Source: a virus (taxonomy: Duplodnaviria > Heunggongvirae > Uroviricota > Caudoviricetes). From it: a DNA stretch of 40,883 nucleotides. The number at the start of each line of letters is the position of its first letter. The stretch's first letter is position 1. The notes under the pieces were generated by a model, which saw only the letters and a list, made by a program, of their open reading frames with translations, was not told the origin of the DNA and searched no databases. Shown here piece by piece: positions 37,115-40,883 of the stretch. The stretch lies in IMG/VR virus record IMGVR_UViG_2923334124_000004. One strand, given 5' to 3'. Both the position numbers and the translations under genes were made by a program.

Positions 37115-37567
37115 GGCTCTGCATTGCCTGTTGGTGTACCGGTTCCATGGCCCACCGCCACACCGCCAGCAGGCTGGTTACAGTGCAACGGAGCTACGTT
37201 CACCAAAGAACAATATCCTGTTCTGGTCAGAGTCTACCCGACCCTCCGTCTTCCCGATTTGCGCGGTGAGTTTATCCGTGGATGGGACGGTGGTCGCAAG
37301 GTTGATACCGGGCGTGCGCTACTTTCATTTCAGGAAGGGACTATCGTATCCGGTTTTGATGATAATGATACCGGAGATATCAGTTCGCTCGGCTCTACAC
37401 AATACGGATTTGGTGACGCTTTAACCTCTAATCAACTGGGGGTCTTAAATGGCAAAAAGTGGATATTTGATGCATCCTCTAAAGGTGCACAAAGATATGA
37501 CTGGTGGGCTTATGTATCAGCTCGCCCCCGCAATATCGCATTTAACTATATCGTGAGGGCGGCGTGA
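37106..37567 (+). other. silent alternative tail-fibre C-terminal cassette b (promoterless, no start codon of its own)
   Basis: Begins GEGSALPVGVPVPWPTATPPAGWL... like the expressed fibre C-terminus, then diverges; in phase with the fibre constant part relative to the TT core; the track M is a TTG artefact. Confidence 0.55.
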
Positions 37568-37573
37568 TACCGT

Positions 37574-38188
37574 TCAGCCGGCAAGCGCCAGTGGCGCTTC
37601 CGGCCAGCTGATTTCAGGTGCCTTGCTGATATCCAGTGCGTTCAGCTCGTCGATATAATCCAGCACGGCGTTCAGTTTTGCCGTTTCTTCTGGTTTCAGA
37701 CTGCGACCAGCACGCAGTTTGAGGTTGATAAGATCGACGGACGCCATCGCCTGTTTCACCCGTTGCTGGCGTTGCTGTCTGGCAACCTCCAGTTCTGCGG
37801 CTCGCTGCCGTTCAGTATCGGTTACCCACGCCTCACCGTTCCAGGTATCCCATGGCGTGGCTGGCTGTTTTGTGGTGGTGTCCGCCGGGTAATCACCCGG
37901 TTGGGTAATCAGAACGGGGTTACCGTTCTCCGTGCTGTATACCGTCTCGCCGCGGTGATCAGGCACATGCTCCCACCCGTTCAGCGTGGCAGTCCGGCAA
38001 ACCACGTAACCCGAAATTGCTTCCGGCGGTGCATCGGCGCACGAATGTGCCGGAGTACCCACCCCAAGGGCGAGATACTCCACAGAGGATGAGGTGTATT
38101 CCCGGGTTTCCTCGTCATAGTGATATACAGTGATATCGCCCGCTACAGTGGCGATACCGTTTTCATCCAGAACTGCAGTGTTACTCAT
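37574..38188 (-). CDS. tail fibre assembly protein (Tfa/U-like)
   Basis: 204 aa; VYHYDEETREY and C-terminal DYIDELNALDISKAPEISWPEAP are typical of Tfa chaperones; start overlaps the stop of minus-strand cassette c (TAATG). Confidence 0.7.
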   Translation of the reverse strand: MSNTAVLDENGIATVAGDITVYHYDEETREYTSSSVEYLALGVGTPAHSCADAPPEAISGYVVCRTATLNGWEHVPDHRGETVYSTENGNPVLITQPGDYPADTTTKQPATPWDTWNGEAWVTDTERQRAAELEVARQQRQQRVKQAMASVDLINLKLRAGRSLKPEETAKLNAVLDYIDELNALDISKAPEISWPEAPLALAG

Positions 38189-38691
38189 TAAACTGCCCTC
38201 ACAATGTAATTAAGTGCAATGCTACGGGGTCTGACAGTGATACCCTTCGCATACCCGCTTCTGATAGAGGTCAGAATAGTAGCCTGCATACCATTGTCTG
38301 ACATTGCCACGACAGGATCGCTGAATGTTGTCCCGTCCGGCATTTTAAAGCTGCCCTCACGAAGGTCTGTAATGGAATCTTCATTGTTGAATCCCATGCC
38401 GACTATCCCCGAGGTTCCCGTAGTGTCCTGGTTATAATAATCCAGCATTGCTGTTCTTAACAGCGTTGCCCCTTGTGCGGACAGCAACTTACGTCCTGTA
38501 TCAACTTTGCGCCCGTCGTCCCATCCACGGATAAACTCACCGCGTAAATCGGGAAGACGGAGGGTCGGGTAGACTCTGGCCAGAACAGGATATTGTTCTT
38601 TTGTAAAGGCGCGCCCGTCGCACTTTAACCAGCCTGCTGGCGGTGTGGCGGTGGGCCACGGAACAGGCACACCAACGGGTAGCGCCGAGCC
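38188..38691 (-). other. silent alternative tail-fibre C-terminal cassette c (inverted orientation)
   Basis: The minus-strand frame reads GEGSALPVGVPVPWPTATPPAGWLKCDGRAF... from the crossover site and then a distinct C-terminus; it would fuse in frame to the fibre constant part after inversion. Confidence 0.6.
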
Positions 38692-38717
38692 TTCTCCTAA
38701 ACCAACGTTTATCTCTC
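38692..38717 (-). other. Gin/Hin-type crossover-like site 3 (reads GAGAGATAAACG-TT-GGTTTAGGAGAA on the minus strand), inverted orientation
   Basis: Inverted counterpart of sites 1 and 2 with the same TT core; lies about 55 bp upstream of the invertase gene. Confidence 0.5.
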
Positions 38718-38771
38718 AAATCCTCCCCACATTATCTCAGTACTTTAACCACTCAAAAGGGAGTATTTTTA

Positions 38772-39344
38772 ATGCTGATTGGCTACATACGTGTGTCAAC
38801 AAATGACCAAAACACAGATTTGCAACGCAATGCATTAATGTGCGCAGGATGTGAACAGATTTTTGAGGACAAAATGAGCGGAACCAAGTCGGAACGACCA
38901 GGCCTGAAACGCGCTTTAAAGTGCCTTAAAAGAGGGGATACATTGGTGGTCTGGAAGCTGGATCGGTTGGGTAGAAGAATGAAACACCTCATTGCTCTCA
39001 CAGAAGAGCTACGCGCAAAAGGTGTCAATTTTCGCAGTCTGACGGATTCAATCGATACCAGCACTCCGATGGGAAGGTTCTTTTTTCATATGATGGGTGC
39101 ACTGGCAGAAATGGAGCGTGAACTGATAGTTGAGCGCACGCTGGCTGGACTGGCTGCTGCGCGAGCACAAGGAAGAGTTGGAGGACGTCGCCCGAAACTG
39201 ACGAAGGAGCAGCATGAGCAGATCGCAAGATTGCTCCAGAAAGGGTATGACAGAAAGCGGCTGGCAATTATCTATGATATTGGACTGTCAACGATCTACC
39301 GCTATCACCCTGTTGGGACTGTCATAACGCAACCTGAAATGTAA
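38772..39344 (+). CDS. serine DNA invertase (Gin/Pin/Hin/Cin family)
   Basis: MLIGYIRVSTNDQNTDLQRNAL...VVWKLDRLGR...MGALAEMERELI is the resolvase/invertase catalytic domain with the active-site serine; C-terminal HTH; ATG 38772 preceded by GGGAG. Confidence 0.85.
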   Translation: MLIGYIRVSTNDQNTDLQRNALMCAGCEQIFEDKMSGTKSERPGLKRALKCLKRGDTLVVWKLDRLGRRMKHLIALTEELRAKGVNFRSLTDSIDTSTPMGRFFFHMMGALAEMERELIVERTLAGLAAARAQGRVGGRRPKLTKEQHEQIARLLQKGYDRKRLAIIYDIGLSTIYRYHPVGTVITQPEM

Positions 39345-39376
39345 TTCTTTTTCAAATAATGAAACGCCGCGTGGAT

Positions 39377-39429
39377 GCCATTTATCGCACAAGATAGAGT
39401 GCATTTATCGCGCGGCGCATCATTCTTCA
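39377..39429 (+). repeat. prophage right terminus with two direct CATTTATCGC repeats (candidate transposase binding sites) and terminal ...CTTCA
   Basis: GCCATTTATCGCAC (39377-39390) and TGCATTTATCGCGC (39400-39413), 23 bp apart; the last bases CATTCTTCA resemble the Mu right end. Confidence 0.55.
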
Positions 39430-39527
39430 TGTGAATCATCCGTTGATTAATTATATATAAACATTATGTATCAACAAGTTACATTGATAATTAACGCTAC
39501 CATTAATAAAAATACCCCACAAGGTCC

Positions 39528-39556
39528 GAAAAAAAACGCCGGCAATGTGCCGACGT
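39528..39556 (-). terminator. rho-independent terminator of aroA (host)
   Basis: The minus strand reads CGGCACATTGCCG GCG TTTTTTTT about 45 bp downstream of the aroA stop. Confidence 0.5.
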
Positions 39557-39599
39557 CTTTGAAAAGAAAGGATTGTCTATGTTATCGCCCGTTATTCAT

Positions 39600-40883
39600 T
39601 CAGCCGGGTTGACTTATCCGCGCCAATTGCTCGAAATAGTCTGGAAAAGTTTTAGCGGTACATTTTGGATCAAGAATCGTCACAGGCGTATCTGATAATG
39701 CGACCAGCGAGAAACACATCGCCATCCGGTGATCATTATAAGTGGCGATCTCAGCAAATTTCAGTTTTTCCGGTGGCGTAATGCGAATGAAATCATGCCC
39801 CTCTTCGACTTCCGCACCGACTTTACGCAGTTCTGTTGCCATCGCAAACAGGCGATCGGTCTCTTTAACACGCCAGTTATAGATATTGCGCAGCGTGGTG
39901 GTGCCTTTTGCAAATAACGCCGCGGTGGCAATGGTCATCGCCGCATCGGGAATATGGTTCATATCCATATCAATGGCGTTCAGTTCACCACGCGTGCAGG
40001 AAATATAATCATCGCCCCAGCAAATGGTCGCGCCCATTTTTTCCAGAACATCAGCAAAGCGAATATCACCCTGCATACTGTTGCGTCCAATGCCGGTCAC
40101 TTTTACAGTGCCGCCTCTGATTGCTGCTGCTGCCAGGAAATAAGAAGCCGAAGATGCATCGCCTTCAACCAAATAAGTGCCCGGAGACTGGTAAGACTGC
40201 CCCCCTTTTACGACAAATTGTTGATAGTGCTGATTTTCAATTTCAACACCAAACGTCTTCATCAGATTGAGGGTGATATCGATATAAGGTTTAGAAACCA
40301 GATCGCCTTTAATACGAATCACCGTATCTTCCGGCGCAAGAGGCGCAGTCATTAACAGTGCGGTGAGGAACTGGCTGGAAACGGAGCCATCAACATCAAC
40401 GTTGCCGCCAGTAAAGCCGCCCTGTAAACGCAATGGCGGATAATTTTCTTGTTCCAGGTAAGTGATCTTCGCCCCGCCCTGGCGCAGCGCATCCACCAGA
40501 TGACCAATCGGGCGTTCTTTCATTCGCGGTTCACCGCTCAGTACAATATCATTGCTACCCAGGCAAAGTGCTGCCGCCAGCGGACGCATTGCCGTTCCGG
40601 CGTTACCGAGGAACAACTCCCGGGCACTTTCTGCGTGTAATGGACCACCGTTACCGATAATTTCGCAACGCGTACGATCGGCTGAAAGCGTATAGCTTAC
40701 CCCTAACGCTGTTAATGCATTCAGCATATGGCGCACGTCATCGCTATCCAGCAGATTGGTTAATACTGTTTTGCCGTGTGCTAATGCCGCCAGCAATAAA
40801 GCGCGGTTAGAAACGCTCTTGGAACCGGGCAGATTAATAGTGCCATCGACACGAGCGATGGGTTGTAACGTTAGGGATTCCAT
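39600..40883 (-). CDS. aroA: 3-phosphoshikimate 1-carboxyvinyltransferase (EPSP synthase)
   Basis: 427 aa, full length (ATG at 40881-40883); N-terminus [35 protein letters not shown] and overall sequence match enterobacterial AroA. Confidence 0.95.
   Translation of the reverse strand: MESLTLQPIARVDGTINLPGSKSVSNRALLLAALAHGKTVLTNLLDSDDVRHMLNALTALGVSYTLSADRTRCEIIGNGGPLHAESARELFLGNAGTAMRPLAAALCLGSNDIVLSGEPRMKERPIGHLVDALRQGGAKITYLEQENYPPLRLQGGFTGGNVDVDGSVSSQFLTALLMTAPLAPEDTVIRIKGDLVSKPYIDITLNLMKTFGVEIENQHYQQFVVKGGQSYQSPGTYLVEGDASSASYFLAAAAIRGGTVKVTGIGRNSMQGDIRFADVLEKMGATICWGDDYISCTRGELNAIDMDMNHIPDAAMTIATAALFAKGTTTLRNIYNWRVKETDRLFAMATELRKVGAEVEEGHDFIRITPPEKLKFAEIATYNDHRMAMCFSLVALSDTPVTILDPKCTAKTFPDYFEQLARISQPG

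Larger units (their letters stand above)
1..39429. mobile_element. Mu-type transposable prophage, partial (left end outside window); Mu-like head genes with P2-like tail genes
   Basis: Contiguous phage modules (transposase A/B, Gam, Mor, lysis, portal, Mu F/G/I/T-like head, sheath/tube/tape measure, baseplate V/W/J/I, fibre, invertase); right terminus ends ...GCATTTATCGCGCGGCGCATCATTCTTCA at 39429, resembling the Mu right end (CATTTATCG repeats, terminal CA); no matching inverted left terminus found inside the window. Confidence 0.8.

Noticed and set aside
37106-37567. Track ORFs that begin with M at the fibre cassettes (37106 plus strand, 38670 minus strand)
   Set aside because: The M at 37106 is a TTG and the cassette frames continue upstream into the crossover sites; these are promoterless exchange cassettes, not independent genes.
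37763-38092. 109-aa plus-strand ORF inside the tail fibre assembly gene
   Set aside because: It is antisense to a gene with clear Tfa motifs and has no ribosome-binding site; considered and dismissed as a plus-strand chaperone for cassette b.
1-40883. Search for tRNA or rRNA genes and for an integrase or attachment site
   Set aside because: No stretch with tRNA-like or rRNA-like character was recognised by eye; the element has a transposase and Mu-type ends instead of an integrase, consistent with transpositional insertion.

Overview
The window is almost entirely a Mu-type transposable prophage, cut at its left side by the window edge (position 1 is the stop of a Mor-like gene) and ending at about 39429 in a Mu-like right terminus (...CATTCTTCA) about 170 bp downstream of an intact aroA (39600-40883, minus strand). 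Layout: (i) a minus-strand early/transposition operon from 8602 down to 1 (Ner-like, HTH protein, DDE transposase, MuB-like ATPase, Gam, GemA-like, Mor-like, plus small unknown ORFs); (ii) a divergent XRE-type repressor (8696-9052) with an 18-bp perfect palindrome in the 93-bp intergenic region; (iii) a roughly 2.4 kb central accessory block (Dam-family methyltransferase, P-loop NTPase, two small ORFs); (iv) a plus-strand late region from 11577 to 39344 with a lysis cassette (holin-like, lytic transglycosylase, embedded Rz/Rz1), Mu-like head genes, P2-like tail and baseplate genes, a tail fibre, and a Gin/Hin-family invertase. The main points worth a second look are: a three-site tail-fibre inversion switch with three alternative C-terminal cassettes but only one assembly chaperone; an IS66-family element with an 8-bp target duplication (TAACCAGG) splitting the large terminase gene, so the prophage is probably packaging-defective; early and late operons that diverge rather than run colinear as in Mu; a CCTTTAwwAwC motif upstream of four late transcription units; and the uncharacterised central accessory block. 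All protein calls rest on my reading of the supplied translations and hand-checked coordinates; no database search was run. No rRNA, tRNA or CRISPR array was recognised.
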